Shown: positions 6,771 through 18,000 of the stretch, piece by piece
How the letters are laid out: each line of letters begins with the position of its first letter
Position numbering within the stretch: position 1 is the stretch's first letter
Virus record (IMG/VR): IMGVR_UViG_3300020365_000015
Coordinates: 1 to 60,474 of that record
Strand: one strand, 5' to 3'
Source of the DNA: a virus
Lineage: Duplodnaviria > Caudoviricetes
DNA length: 60,474 bases
Program-made: the position numbers and the translations under genes
The notes under the pieces: model-generated
The model's input: only the letters and a program-made list of their open reading frames with translations
Told to the model about the DNA's origin: nothing
Databases searched by the model: none

Positions 6771-6861
6771 GTACGAAAGTCTCTCAGACACGTTAGATTA
6801 CCTGCATAACAATGTCGAGGGGATCAAGGGTGATCTACTGAAGGTAGCGAAGGCAGTCTAA
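6631..6861 (+). CDS. conserved coiled-coil hypothetical protein
   Basis: AGGAG SD upstream; heptad Leu pattern; LMYRRP...LDYLHNNVEGIK; TAATG coupling. Confidence 0.75.
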   Translation: MMEELIKQQQSLEQALLKLSERLQNLDQRITQLERPTLMYRRPSGSEYESLSDTLDYLHNNVEGIKGDLLKVAKAV

Positions 6862-7847
6862 TGTCTGATATGGTTGCTATTGTACCTAATCAAGAGGTAC
6901 TTACGAGTGGTGTTGGAGTAGTGGGAGATTTCTTTATGAATCCCCTACCCCAGGTGCCCTTGTATCAAGATATGTTAAGGATGGCACCGTTCCCTGTGTT
7001 GTATGAGAATATCAACCCAGCGATGGCGATTACTGTACAATCGATCGGTGGATGTCCATTAGATAAGATTCCGAATTTAATTACGAGTGTTACGCTAGTA
7101 CCTGGGCAGGGAGCGACTGGATACAGTGGGAGTGGTAACGAGATTGTCTATCCCTTGATTGATATTGCTGACAAACCCGTCCCGAACATTCCAGACTTCC
7201 TCATGCCGAACTGGCAGGAACCTCGTATTACCTACGGCAGTGTGGCAGGACCTCCATCGCCTACAATGACCCTTGTAGCGCCTCTGAGGGGGTACTACGG
7301 GGAGAAATACTTCTATGATGCAGACTATATTTACGCATCATATTATGCGAACAGTCCCGAGTTCACAGGGGACTTCTTTGAGGAGTTAGATGCTGGGAGG
7401 ATTCCTGATGTCAATCGTCTTACTCATGTCAGTCTGTTAGGAGGTAAGAGGGTACTGCGTTTCACCGACTTACCTCCAGATATTGATCAGATCGAGGTAG
7501 ATTATTTTCCAGCGAATGGAATACCTTTGGACCTCAGGGAAATAACGCCGAGCGACGAGGTAGATACTACAACGATTGGTAGTGATTACTTGTATTCATT
7601 GATTCCAGAGATCAGTAGTTGGGTTAAGTGGAAACCATCGTTTATCAAGACGATGAGGTATTACTATACATTAATCGTTACTCATACATGCCCACCGTTT
7701 GTTACAACATTCCAAGGTAGTATGATTGTAGAGAACAATTGGACTCCAGCAGCGAACCGACTGTCATACTACATAGACAAGCAGATTGGTTTCCTAGATA
7801 CTATTGACGGGGAATTTACACTTGAGGTAGGAGATGGCGACACTTAG
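6861..7847 (+). CDS. hypothetical protein, probable virion/baseplate-associated
   Basis: 328-aa Pro-rich ORF coupled to the PAAR gene; function inferred from position only. Confidence 0.75.
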   Translation: MSDMVAIVPNQEVLTSGVGVVGDFFMNPLPQVPLYQDMLRMAPFPVLYENINPAMAITVQSIGGCPLDKIPNLITSVTLVPGQGATGYSGSGNEIVYPLIDIADKPVPNIPDFLMPNWQEPRITYGSVAGPPSPTMTLVAPLRGYYGEKYFYDADYIYASYYANSPEFTGDFFEELDAGRIPDVNRLTHVSLLGGKRVLRFTDLPPDIDQIEVDYFPANGIPLDLREITPSDEVDTTTIGSDYLYSLIPEISSWVKWKPSFIKTMRYYYTLIVTHTCPPFVTTFQGSMIVENNWTPAANRLSYYIDKQIGFLDTIDGEFTLEVGDGDT

Positions 7848-8133
7848 ACCAGTATCAAGAATTAAGGACATTACCACAGGACACCAATGCTATGCCCCTT
7901 CAGTAGGTGTTACATCAGCGAAGACCGTATTTGCTGATGGTTTATTGGTTCATTGTGTAGGAGATACCTTCACACCTCATACCTGTGGTAAGGATACGCA
8001 CCCAGACGTGCTTGTAGGAGGTTCTGCAAAGGTTATCGTCGAGGGTAGACTAGTTTCCCGTCTAGGGGATCCATTAGCGCCTGGAGGGGCATTAATGGCA
8101 GAGGCATCTTGGACTGTATTTGCAGCAGGATAA
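7834..8133 (+). CDS. g5.4: PAAR-domain baseplate spike tip (gp5.4-like)
   Basis: D-x-T-T-G-H, TVFADG, HCVGD, PHTC, THP, SRLGD motifs of PAAR proteins. Confidence 0.85.
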   Translation: MATLRPVSRIKDITTGHQCYAPSVGVTSAKTVFADGLLVHCVGDTFTPHTCGKDTHPDVLVGGSAKVIVEGRLVSRLGDPLAPGGALMAEASWTVFAAG

Positions 8134-8147
8134 ATCTGTGATATAAT
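8119..8147 (+). promoter_or_regulatory. sigma70-like promoter with extended -10
   Basis: TTTGCA 8119-8124, 17 nt, TG-A-TATAAT (8139-8147). Confidence 0.55.
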
Positions 8148-8170
8148 AAACAAGTAATTTTGAATAAGTT

Positions 8171-8317
8171 ATGGCACGAAGCAAAGTTGGATTAAGTGGC
8201 GGTACGATGATCGAGTCGAAACCGAAAAAGACTCGTCAAGGATCGGGACAGCACACCAAGTATGCAGCGACATCACGCAACAACAAAAAGAAGCGTTATC
8301 GTGGGCAAGGTAAGTAA
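8171..8317 (+). CDS. small basic protein (48 aa, RYRGQG C-terminus; not in ORF track)
   Basis: MARSKVGLSGGTMIESKPKKTRQGSGQHTKYAATSRNNKKKRYRGQGK*, TAATG-coupled to next gene. Confidence 0.75.
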   Translation: MARSKVGLSGGTMIESKPKKTRQGSGQHTKYAATSRNNKKKRYRGQGK

Positions 8318-8949
8318 TGGCAGAGTATATTGAGAATATGTTCTCAATACCAATCTTCCACTTGTATGCGGATGATTGGGAGAACAAAAAAGAAAAGATT
8401 GTTGAGATTGCTTCTAGAGCAAAGTTCGATACCAAACCAGGAGAGTATTGCCCTTCTGATTACTACGATAAACAACAATCTTATTGGCATGAGTTAGCAC
8501 CACTGATCACACCAGAGATTCAACGTTTTGTTGATCGCACTGGTGAGAACTTTAGTGTTGATCGATTTTGGTTTGAACGTGCCACTCCTGGTCAATGTCA
8601 TCTTCCACATAACCATGGTGCTACTGGTTTCAGTGCAGTCATGTTTGTTGAATTTGATGAAGAGGAGCATGAACCAACTCACTTCATCTGTCCGTTCAAT
8701 GAGTCTACTCAAGGACTGCAACAGATCTATGTTCCTAGGGAGATTAAGAGTGGATCAGTAATTTTCTTTCCTGCATCCATTCATCACTACACTGTACCAA
8801 GTCAAAGTGAAAAACCTAGACTGATTCTTTCATGGAACTTGGCATATGCTAGGATGACCCATCCTGATTTGGATATTCTGCAACCTGTTCCTATTAATCA
8901 GACTGAGATTCCTAAACAAGAGAAGAGAATTAAGCTTAATTACGTATGA
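8317..8949 (+). CDS. 2OG-Fe(II) oxygenase (TIGR02466-like)
   Basis: HLPHNH, FSAVMF, FFPASIHH and RLILSWN motifs. Confidence 0.85.
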   Translation: MAEYIENMFSIPIFHLYADDWENKKEKIVEIASRAKFDTKPGEYCPSDYYDKQQSYWHELAPLITPEIQRFVDRTGENFSVDRFWFERATPGQCHLPHNHGATGFSAVMFVEFDEEEHEPTHFICPFNESTQGLQQIYVPREIKSGSVIFFPASIHHYTVPSQSEKPRLILSWNLAYARMTHPDLDILQPVPINQTEIPKQEKRIKLNYV

Positions 8950-9635
8950 ACTTAATCTGCAATCTCCCTGCCCAGAAGGTATGGGTACGTAAAGAATACT
9001 TACGAGATCACCAGGACTGTCATGGGGAGTTTGTTGAGGGCGTCTGGGTGTGTGCAAAGAGCATACCTGGACGTGCTTTCTACTTTGAGACGTACTTGCC
9101 CGAGTATGGTGCAATGTATGATAAACTTCCTATTAGTGCGTTTGTACGATCCCCCCAAACCCCAGTCACAGACATGAGTTTGGAGAATCTACAATTCTGG
9201 AATTGCATGGACTATGGTGTTGCATGTATGAGTAAAGGATTTGTACAATCGATGGATTGTGAGGTGTTTACCCGCGACCATGGATTGATGAGAGGTCAGT
9301 ATTTGTTTACATTAGACAATTACCATGCAAATCCTGATGTAATAGATAATAATGTAAGTGAAGTGCCACAAGAGCACAAATCCCATAATTGTATTGCATT
9401 GAACAACGGTCAGTTTGCATTGTATCCCAATAATAGGATGCGACTGTATGACCTCTCTATAACCCCTGAGGACCCCAAGTTCCCTGACTTCAAGGTTTCT
9501 ACCATAGAATACCAAGTAGAGGCAGGAATCGACTGGGGACGCCTTGGAGACACTGATAATTATTTTTGGGAAACTAATGCTGAGCGAAAACTACGGACGG
9601 AGACCACAAATGGACAAGAGAGTGGACAAGAGTGA
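8946..9635 (+). CDS. conserved T4-like cyanophage hypothetical protein
   Basis: NLP...WVRKEYL...GAMYDKLPISAF...LQFWNC...EHKSHN...YPNNR. Confidence 0.85.
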   Translation: MNLICNLPAQKVWVRKEYLRDHQDCHGEFVEGVWVCAKSIPGRAFYFETYLPEYGAMYDKLPISAFVRSPQTPVTDMSLENLQFWNCMDYGVACMSKGFVQSMDCEVFTRDHGLMRGQYLFTLDNYHANPDVIDNNVSEVPQEHKSHNCIALNNGQFALYPNNRMRLYDLSITPEDPKFPDFKVSTIEYQVEAGIDWGRLGDTDNYFWETNAERKLRTETTNGQESGQE

Positions 9636-9780
9636 AGATTTCGTGAAGGAGGGTATGACCCTTATTACTGAAGTTGACAGCGAGCGTCATCTAAGGAGAG
9701 CGAGAAAATTGAAGGATGTTAAAGAGGGTGAAATCTTTGACAACCAAGAGGAGTGGGCGGACGGATTCTGTGGCAAGTGA
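9610..9780 (+). CDS. hypothetical protein
   Basis: ATG 9610, MDKRVDKSEDFVKEGMTLITEVDSERHL. Confidence 0.65.
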   Translation: MDKRVDKSEDFVKEGMTLITEVDSERHLRRARKLKDVKEGEIFDNQEEWADGFCGK

Positions 9781-9809
9781 TAAATAGAAACAGCCTATTG
9801 CTGTGTCTA
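9780..9809 (+). promoter_or_regulatory. late promoter plus overlapping hairpin before g25
   Basis: ATAAATA 9780-9786; TAGA-A-ACAGC / GCTGT-G-TCTA stem 9785-9809. Confidence 0.65.
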
Positions 9810-9810
9810 A

Positions 9811-10203
9811 ATGCCTGCCTTTGAGACATTCAAGGACTTGAGTGTTACGTTCAAAACGCATCCTGTCACTGACGACCTAGTCACGGTAAGGGACAAAGCA
9901 GCTATCGTTCAATCGATTTTTGCTTTGCTCCTTACTAACAAAGGCGAGCGTCCATTCAAACCAGATCTAGGGTGTGATATTCAAAAATCTTTATTTGAAC
10001 CACTAGATTACGCTACTGCTGGTATCATCAGATCGCAAGTTAGCGAAGTTCTTATCAAGTATGAACCAAGAATCACTGTTGATTCTGTACGTGTCATTCC
10101 TGATGAACTGAACAATGGATATATCGTAGAGCTCTACTATACAATTGTAGGTAGAGACGACACTCCAGAGGCATCCGAATTCTTCTTAGAGCGTACACGA
10201 TAA
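9811..10203 (+). CDS. g25: baseplate wedge subunit gp25
   Basis: FKDLS...HPVTDDL...GERPFKPDLG...YEPRI; position before g6. Confidence 0.93.
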   Translation: MPAFETFKDLSVTFKTHPVTDDLVTVRDKAAIVQSIFALLLTNKGERPFKPDLGCDIQKSLFEPLDYATAGIIRSQVSEVLIKYEPRITVDSVRVIPDELNNGYIVELYYTIVGRDDTPEASEFFLERTR

Positions 10204-11999
10204 TGCCTTATACTCAGGTTTCTAATCTAGATTTTAATGACATTAAAAGTTCTCTGAAGGAATACCTCAGAGCGACATCAGACTTTACTGACTATGATTT
10301 TGAGGGTAGTGTCTTATCTACGCTTCTAGACACCCTTGCCTATAATACCTATTATACGGCGTTCAATACCAATCTGGTAGTCAATGAACTATTCATTGAT
10401 TCAGCGACCCTCAGGGACAACGTAGTAGCGATTGCGAAGCAATTAGGGTACAGACCCAAGAGTGCAACTGCACCAGTAGCGTATATTGACTTTACTTGCA
10501 CATATGCAAACCCAACAACTGATACCGAACTCCTACTGAAGAAGGGAACTGGTTTTATCGCAAACTTTGATAACACCATCTATCAGTATGTTGTAGAAGA
10601 AGATGCAAAGGCACAGGTTGCTAATGGTGTAGCGACTTGGAGTGGTGTTCCCATCAGAGAGGGATCGGTTATTGTTAACACCTTTACAGTTAACACATCT
10701 CTGAAGAATCAAAGATTTATTTTAGACAACCAACAGATTGATACTAACACTATCAAGGTTAAAGTATTCCCAAGTGGCGGATCATTTAGCGAACCATATC
10801 TTGTAGCAGATAACATCCTCAATATTGACGGAACATCTAAAGTTGTGTTCCTTGACGAGATTGAAGATGAGAGATATGAAGTTCTGCTAGGTGATGGTGT
10901 TCTTGGTAAGAAGATTGAGAATGGTTCTCGTGTTGAGGTGTCATATGTTGTCACCAACGGACCAGAGTCAAATGGCGTAAGAACCTTTGTATTCAATGGT
11001 GTCCTAGAAAACATCAATGGTGCATCTCCTACTAACATTTCAGTTGATATTGTATCTGCTGTAGCAGCATCAGGTGGTGAGGACATTGAGACCACTGAGA
11101 AGATTAAGTACAATGCTCCTAAGTCATATGGCGCACAGGACCGCGCTGTGACCGCCCAGGACTACGGTACAATCGTTCGTAAGGTATACCCTGCCACCAG
11201 CGACATTCTGGTCTTTGGAGGCGAAGAACAAGACCCTCCACAGTATGGCAAGGTATTCATTGTATTGAAACCAAGAGATGCATCTTACCTTACATCATTC
11301 ACCAAGAATCAAATTATTCAGGAATTGAAGAAGTATGTAGTTGCTTCTGTAGAACCACAACTAATTGATCCATCAATTCTGTATATTGAGATCAGCAGCA
11401 AGATCTATTATGATGGATCTATTACTGATATGACACCTGCTCAAGTAAGAGACAAGGTTATTGGTAATTTACAAGCATTCATTGATTCTTCTGGTATGGA
11501 GAAGTTCAATGGCACATTTAGATACAGTAAAGTAGTCGGTATTATTGACGATTCTGATCGTGCAATTAGTTCAAACTTAACAGAGGTCTTTATGAGAAAA
11601 GACTTCTTCCCACAGTTGAATTCTTCCTTCTATTATGAGATCTGTTTCCAGAACCCATTTGCTAAAGATTGCGATGGTCCAGTCTTGTCCAGCACTAAGT
11701 TTAGAGTGACTGAGTACCCCAATTTCGATGTGTATATTGAAGACAGGGATGGCAAAATTGTCCTATATAGACTAGACGCTCTATCTGGTGAAAAAGTCGT
11801 TCTCGACAGCGAAGTTGGCGAAATTGATTATGCAAAAGGTGAACTTAAAATGTACAACCTGACCATCATTAAAGGAACAACTTTCGACAATCGTATTTCT
11901 GTTAGAGTCAGACCACTATCTAACGATATCAGGGCACTCCGTGAGGTTTATCTTGATGTTGATGTGGCAAATTCCAGTTTCGTTGCATACAAAGAGTAG
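10203..11999 (+). CDS. g6: baseplate wedge subunit gp6
   Basis: LDFNDIK...FTDYDFEGS...LAYNTYY...QDRAVTAQDY. Confidence 0.95.
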   Translation: MPYTQVSNLDFNDIKSSLKEYLRATSDFTDYDFEGSVLSTLLDTLAYNTYYTAFNTNLVVNELFIDSATLRDNVVAIAKQLGYRPKSATAPVAYIDFTCTYANPTTDTELLLKKGTGFIANFDNTIYQYVVEEDAKAQVANGVATWSGVPIREGSVIVNTFTVNTSLKNQRFILDNQQIDTNTIKVKVFPSGGSFSEPYLVADNILNIDGTSKVVFLDEIEDERYEVLLGDGVLGKKIENGSRVEVSYVVTNGPESNGVRTFVFNGVLENINGASPTNISVDIVSAVAASGGEDIETTEKIKYNAPKSYGAQDRAVTAQDYGTIVRKVYPATSDILVFGGEEQDPPQYGKVFIVLKPRDASYLTSFTKNQIIQELKKYVVASVEPQLIDPSILYIEISSKIYYDGSITDMTPAQVRDKVIGNLQAFIDSSGMEKFNGTFRYSKVVGIIDDSDRAISSNLTEVFMRKDFFPQLNSSFYYEICFQNPFAKDCDGPVLSSTKFRVTEYPNFDVYIEDRDGKIVLYRLDALSGEKVVLDSEVGEIDYAKGELKMYNLTIIKGTTFDNRISVRVRPLSNDIRALREVYLDVDVANSSFVAYKE

Positions 12000-12006
12000 T
12001 AGTTAA

Positions 12007-15000
12007 ATGACCGTAAAGACGAAGAGAATCTCAACTCTTATTGAGTCGCAACTTCCTGAATTTATTTCTACCGAGTATGAACTTTTTGGAAAGTTCTTAC
12101 AGAAGTATTATGAATCTCAGGAGGTACAGGGCGGTCCTTTGGATGTTATCAATAACATTCAAAAGTATGCTGATATCGATTATTATGAGAAGAATCTACT
12201 AAAGCAAAAAGATACGTTAGCAGTAACAGTATCTTCTGCTGATACTACTATTACATTGCTAGATGCAACGTCTTTCCCAGAGAAAGATGGTTATGTAAGA
12301 ATTGATAACGAGATTATCTTTTATAGAAACAGAACTGATACACAACTTCTAGAGTGTGTTAGAGGTGTTAGTGGCAACACTACACTAGGTGATCTGTATG
12401 AGACCACCAACTTTGTCAGCACTGAAGCTGCTGTACACAATGCAAACAGAGACGTTTATAACGTCAGCAATCTATTCCTGTATGCATTTGTCAAAAACTT
12501 TGAAAATCAATATCTTGGATCTTTTCCAGAGAAGTATCTGAAGGGAGAGGTTGACAAGAGAACACTAATCAAGAACATTTCTAAGTTCTACAAGTCAAAG
12601 GGAACTTCTAGTTCGATCAAGTTTGTTTTCAACACCATTATTGCTAAGGATACTGAGAACAAACCTGATGTATACAAACCAAGAGATTTTACATACAAAT
12701 CATCTGAAGCAGATTGGGTCAATGTCTATGCATTGAAAGTCAAAGTTATCTCTGGCGACCCAACAAATCTAATTGGACTTCCTGTCGTTCAGAATGATGA
12801 AGAAGCAGGTTATGCATCTGCTACTGTAGACAATGTTTATGCAGATGGCACTATTGATGGTGAAAAGATCTGGAACATTGTACTTGCTCCAGAGACTGTC
12901 AATGGATCCTTTGGAGTTTCCACGAAAACCAGACTAGAGCAGAATCTCTCTGCTGGTGCAAGTGCTGGAGACAAGATCAACGTCTTTTCTACTGTTGGTT
13001 GGGAAACTTATGGCAAGATTCTTATCAACGAAGAAACTATTGAGTTTGACGATAAGAATGTAGTTCAGTTCAACATTCTAAAGAGAGGTGTTGCAGCAAA
13101 CCACACCGCAGGTGATTCTGTATACAAACCAATCACTATCAAAGGTGGCAATGTAGAACTACTAACACTAGGTGTAGTCTACAATTTAGATGCTACAGAT
13201 GCACAAGCATTTGCTTCTAGTGGTGATACCATTGAGGTTTCAAATCCTGGATTTGAGACTTCTGATCCTAAGATTGTGCAAACTGGCACTAATCAACCAA
13301 GATGGATCATTGGTGATCTAGAACCTGTATCTTCTACCACTGTTCCTACTATTGCAGCAGGACTCAGTGATGTTCCAACAAACGTTTCATCTATCTACGG
13401 AGATGATGAATACTATTATATCACAAGTTCTAGTTTCCCATCATATAATATTTTTGATGGATCGAATCCTGAGCAGACACTGCAGGATCAAAAGCATCTG
13501 AGAATTATCAGAAAGCAGTCAACTGATACTACAGAGATTTACAAGACTTCCAACAGAGACGTTGGTATTCTATTAAATGGTGTTCCTGTCTTTGGTTATA
13601 AGGACAGAGATAGTCTCAAGTATGGCATACTACAAGAGATCAAGGTTAGTGCTAGAGGTAGAAACTATGCAAGACCACCATTTGTTCTTATCAATGGTGT
13701 TCCAAACCAAGCAAGAGCATATTTGAATGGTCAGGTCATTGATAGAATCGAAGTTAACACAGGAGCAATCTTTACTGACGTTCCTAGAGTAGAAATCCTC
13801 TCTGGTCGTAATGCAAAGGTCAGTGCTGTTGTAACTGGTGGTAAACTTACAAGTCTTGTCATTGATGATCCTGGTGAGTTTTATTCATCTCCTCCAATTG
13901 TAAGAATTAGAGATCTTTCTGGCAAAGGAAGATTTGCTGATTACAATGCCATCATCAATACTGCTGGTGCTATCACTGGGTTTGAAAAAATCAGTGAAGG
14001 TAATTTCTATACCCCTGGTTCTGTAGTTGTTGACATCTTGGCAGTTGGCGAAGACGCTACCGCAACTCCAGTTCTCAAGGAATGGGTAAAGAACAGATTT
14101 GTATCACTAACAGGTGAGTTGGATACAGAATTTGGTTATGTCTTTGAAAACTATGACTACGTTCAGAACTTTGGATACGGTCAAGTTGCTAATCCAAAAT
14201 CTCTACGTGTTCAATTAGGAGACAATCTTAACTTAGCAGGAACTGAACCTGCTAGTAAGACTCACTCCCCAATCTTAGGATTTGCTTATGATGGCAATCC
14301 TATCTACGGACCTTTTGGACATGAGAATCCATTAGATGCATCTACACCTATTGTAAGGATGACATCTAGTTATTCAATTAAGGGTTCACGTACTGCTGGA
14401 CCTGATGTTCTTCAGTATCCTATAGGTTCTTTTATCGATGATTACCAATACAACCACAGGAGCGGTTCACTCGATGAGAATAACGGACGATTTTGCATTA
14501 CCCCCGACTTTCCAAAAGGAACTTATGCTTATTTCATTACTATTGATAGCAATCAAGTACCGCAATTTCCATATGTCGTAGGAGACAACTTCTATTCACT
14601 ACCAGTGGATAGTAATTACAATTCTCCAATCAATCAGAATGATATTCCCAAGAATGCTAAGAGACTGTATACTCCTGGTATGCCTGGTAATGGTGGCGGA
14701 CTAATTGCTAAGATTGCTGATGTAAATTCTGGTGGAGTTGAGGGTGTATTTGTAGAAAGATCTTCAAATAACTTCTCTGTAAACTCACAGGTCTTCTTTG
14801 ACAATCTAAACACTGAGGGTGAAGATGCAGAAGCAATTGTTTCTTCAGTCAAAGGCAAGCAAGTTAATTACTTAGAATCAAAAGAGAATAAGGTAGTAAA
14901 ACTCACTACCATTCAAAATGCATATCTTTTCCAAGATGATGTTCTAACACAACCATCATCTACTGCACGAGGAACAATCGTTGGAACTGTGCAGAATGAC

Positions 15001-18000
15001 AATACTATTGTATTGAAAGATGTTGTTGGAACATTTGACAACACAGGCACATTCTCTGCAGCAACCAAAACATTCATTTTTGTTCTAGATCAAGATAGTT
15101 CATATACAAAGGGTGCTATCTTAAGTCTAACAGATGGTGTTAACCCACCAATTGCTACAGGTGAGGTTCTGGAAGGAACTAGCAGACAGAATACAGTACA
15201 GATCAAAGTATTGTCTGGAACTTGGATTCTAGATGATGATTACTTCCTCCAGTCAGACAATCTATTCAATACCTCTGGAACAAAGATTACTGTTATTACA
15301 TCTCTTAGTGATAACTTAGAACCATTTGAAGTAAATCAGAGTGTTGCTCTAGTAGAGACCGCAACTCCACACGGTCTTGGCGTTGGTGATACTGTTAATG
15401 TTGATATCAATCCAGACGACTCTACGAAGACACAAACTTACTACGTAAGGAAGAGACTATATCAAGACGTAGTATTCCAATCTTTCTCAAACGAAACAAC
15501 CATCAATTACAGTGGTGTTGGTAGATTCACCATTATGAATGGTGGTGCTGATTACACTGAAGGTGTTTACACAGATGTTCCACTGAAGGGTGGATCTGGA
15601 ACTGGAGCAACAGCAGTCATCACTGTATCTGCAGCAGGCATTGTAAATGACATCCAATTAGAAACTGGTGGTAAGAACTATAAGAGAGGAGACTTCCTCA
15701 AGGTAGACGATGATGAACTAGCAAGATCTGGAGCATCGTTATCAACCTCTCGTCTTTCCGTCTATGTTGATCATGCTGGTGTTGGATCACAATCATCAGA
15801 GATGAGAGTTGATAGTGTCGATGGATATGCATCTGGCGATTTACTACAAGTTGGTAGCGAAATTGTTGAAATTTCTTCGATCACTGGAGATGTCCTCAAC
15901 ATCCTCAGAGGTAGAGCAGGAACAGAAGCAGTTAACCATTATGATGGTGCTTCGATTGAACTTTATAAACCAAGATATAACTTTGCAGAAAATTTTGCTA
16001 TTACAGAAAATGCTGGTACTGGTTATATCAAGTCATATGATCTAGAGACTCAAACAGCAACTGTTATCTTTGAATATGGAATTGATAAAGTAAGTGCAGA
16101 GAGTCTTACTATCAGCACAACATTCTTTGATAGCAGCACCCCAGGTAGACTTGTAAAAGTAAGTTCTGTTGGAGTTCCAACATTCAGATTTGAAATCTCT
16201 CCTGACAATGTAAACTTTACAGACAATCCTGACTTAGATATTCAAGAATTCTATAGGTATGTCTTCGACACCTCTCACTCTTCAATGACTGGTGTTCAGT
16301 TTAGCGTAAGTCCAAGCAGCAATTTTAACCTGCTAACTCTAGAGCAAATTGTTTCTACCATCACGCCAGGAATTACTGGATCTTTTGTTGACCTCAAATT
16401 TGGATTTGGATCTAGATTAGCAGATAATGATTATAGTGTAAAGACAGGAACAAACTTCTCTAGTTTCTATTACTTTGATAAAAATGGCAATGTTGCATCA
16501 GGCAACGCACAACTGAACATTATTCAAGATCCTTTACAGGGTGAAAAGAGGGTTAATTACGTAACTCCTACTAGGTTTGTATATGACGTTCCATCCACTC
16601 CATTGTGGGACGGATCTGGTCAAATTTCATATACAACGAACGGGCAGTTTGCCATCGGTGAAATTAATAATATCAATATTATTAACTTTGGTCAGAACTA
16701 TAAAAAGCTACCAATTATCACTGGTGTAGATCCATCTCTAGACTATAGAGGTGCTGCTACTGTCAGGTTTGATTCACAAACAAATACGATTGTTGGTGTC
16801 GATATTACCAATAAGGGTTCCAATTATGTCAACCCAATTGCAATCATCACTGATGGCGATGGAACAGAAGCAAGATTCAAAACAATTTCTAGAAACGGTC
16901 AACTGTTCTCTATCACTGTAGAGAACCCTGGCAAGAATTACACTTATACTCCAACAATCAGAATCATTGAAGGTGATACAGATCTGTTTGCTGAGAGTAG
17001 TGAGATTGGTGTTCCAAGAAGTGTTAACATCATCAGGAATGGTGGTGCTTTCCATCTAGACAAAACTGTATCATCAACCATCACATCGAAGTATGCAGTT
17101 GCACTACGTGGTATTACTGGCGACTTCCAAAAAGGTGAAGTTGTAGAACAGAGAATTAATGGTGCTGTTGTTTTCAGAGGATATGTTTCTGAATGGAGAA
17201 TTGGTTCTAATATTCTCAGAGTAGAAGATATCTCTGGTATTATCAGAGAGAACGTAAGCATCACAGGTAGAGCATCCCTATCTACTGCTACTGTAAAATC
17301 TGTATTTGTTTCTACCTTCTCTGAGAAGATTACAAGTTTCTATGACAATCTAGGATACTACACTTCAGATAAGGGCAAACTAGGTGTAGCAAATCAGAAA
17401 CTCACTGATAGCGATTTCTATCAAGACTATTCATACGTTATCAAGTCTAAGACATCAATTGAGCAGTGGAGAGACCTTATCAAGTCTACCACACACCCTG
17501 CTGGTTTCAAACTGTTTGGACAAGTTGATATCGAAGGATCTGCAACTACATCCATGCCATCAGGTCTTGGTAATAAGGCAAGTCATTTTACATCGATTCA
17601 ACTTTGGAATCCAGAGAAGAATAAGATCACTAGTGATATCAAGCAGAGAGTTGTTACTCAGTCCATTCAAAAAGTTCAGAACACTAGAATTCGTAAAGGA
17701 CAAGGTTCTGCTGCTACATCAGAGTTTAACTTCAATGAAACTCGTGCATTTGACTTTACTTTAAATGCTGCCTTTGATGGATATTATGATACTGACGGTA
17801 GATTGCAAGGAACAAGAACATTTGCTCTATCTGATGATTTGGGCAATCCATTCTTCCCAGTTAGTGCAGAGAATCTAATCATCACACTAGATGGTGTTTT
17901 ACAAGAACCAGAAGTTGCATATACTGTTAACTCTAACCAAATTACGTTTGCACAACCACCACTTGGTGATAATGTAAAACTAACTGGTCAGAACTCTGGC

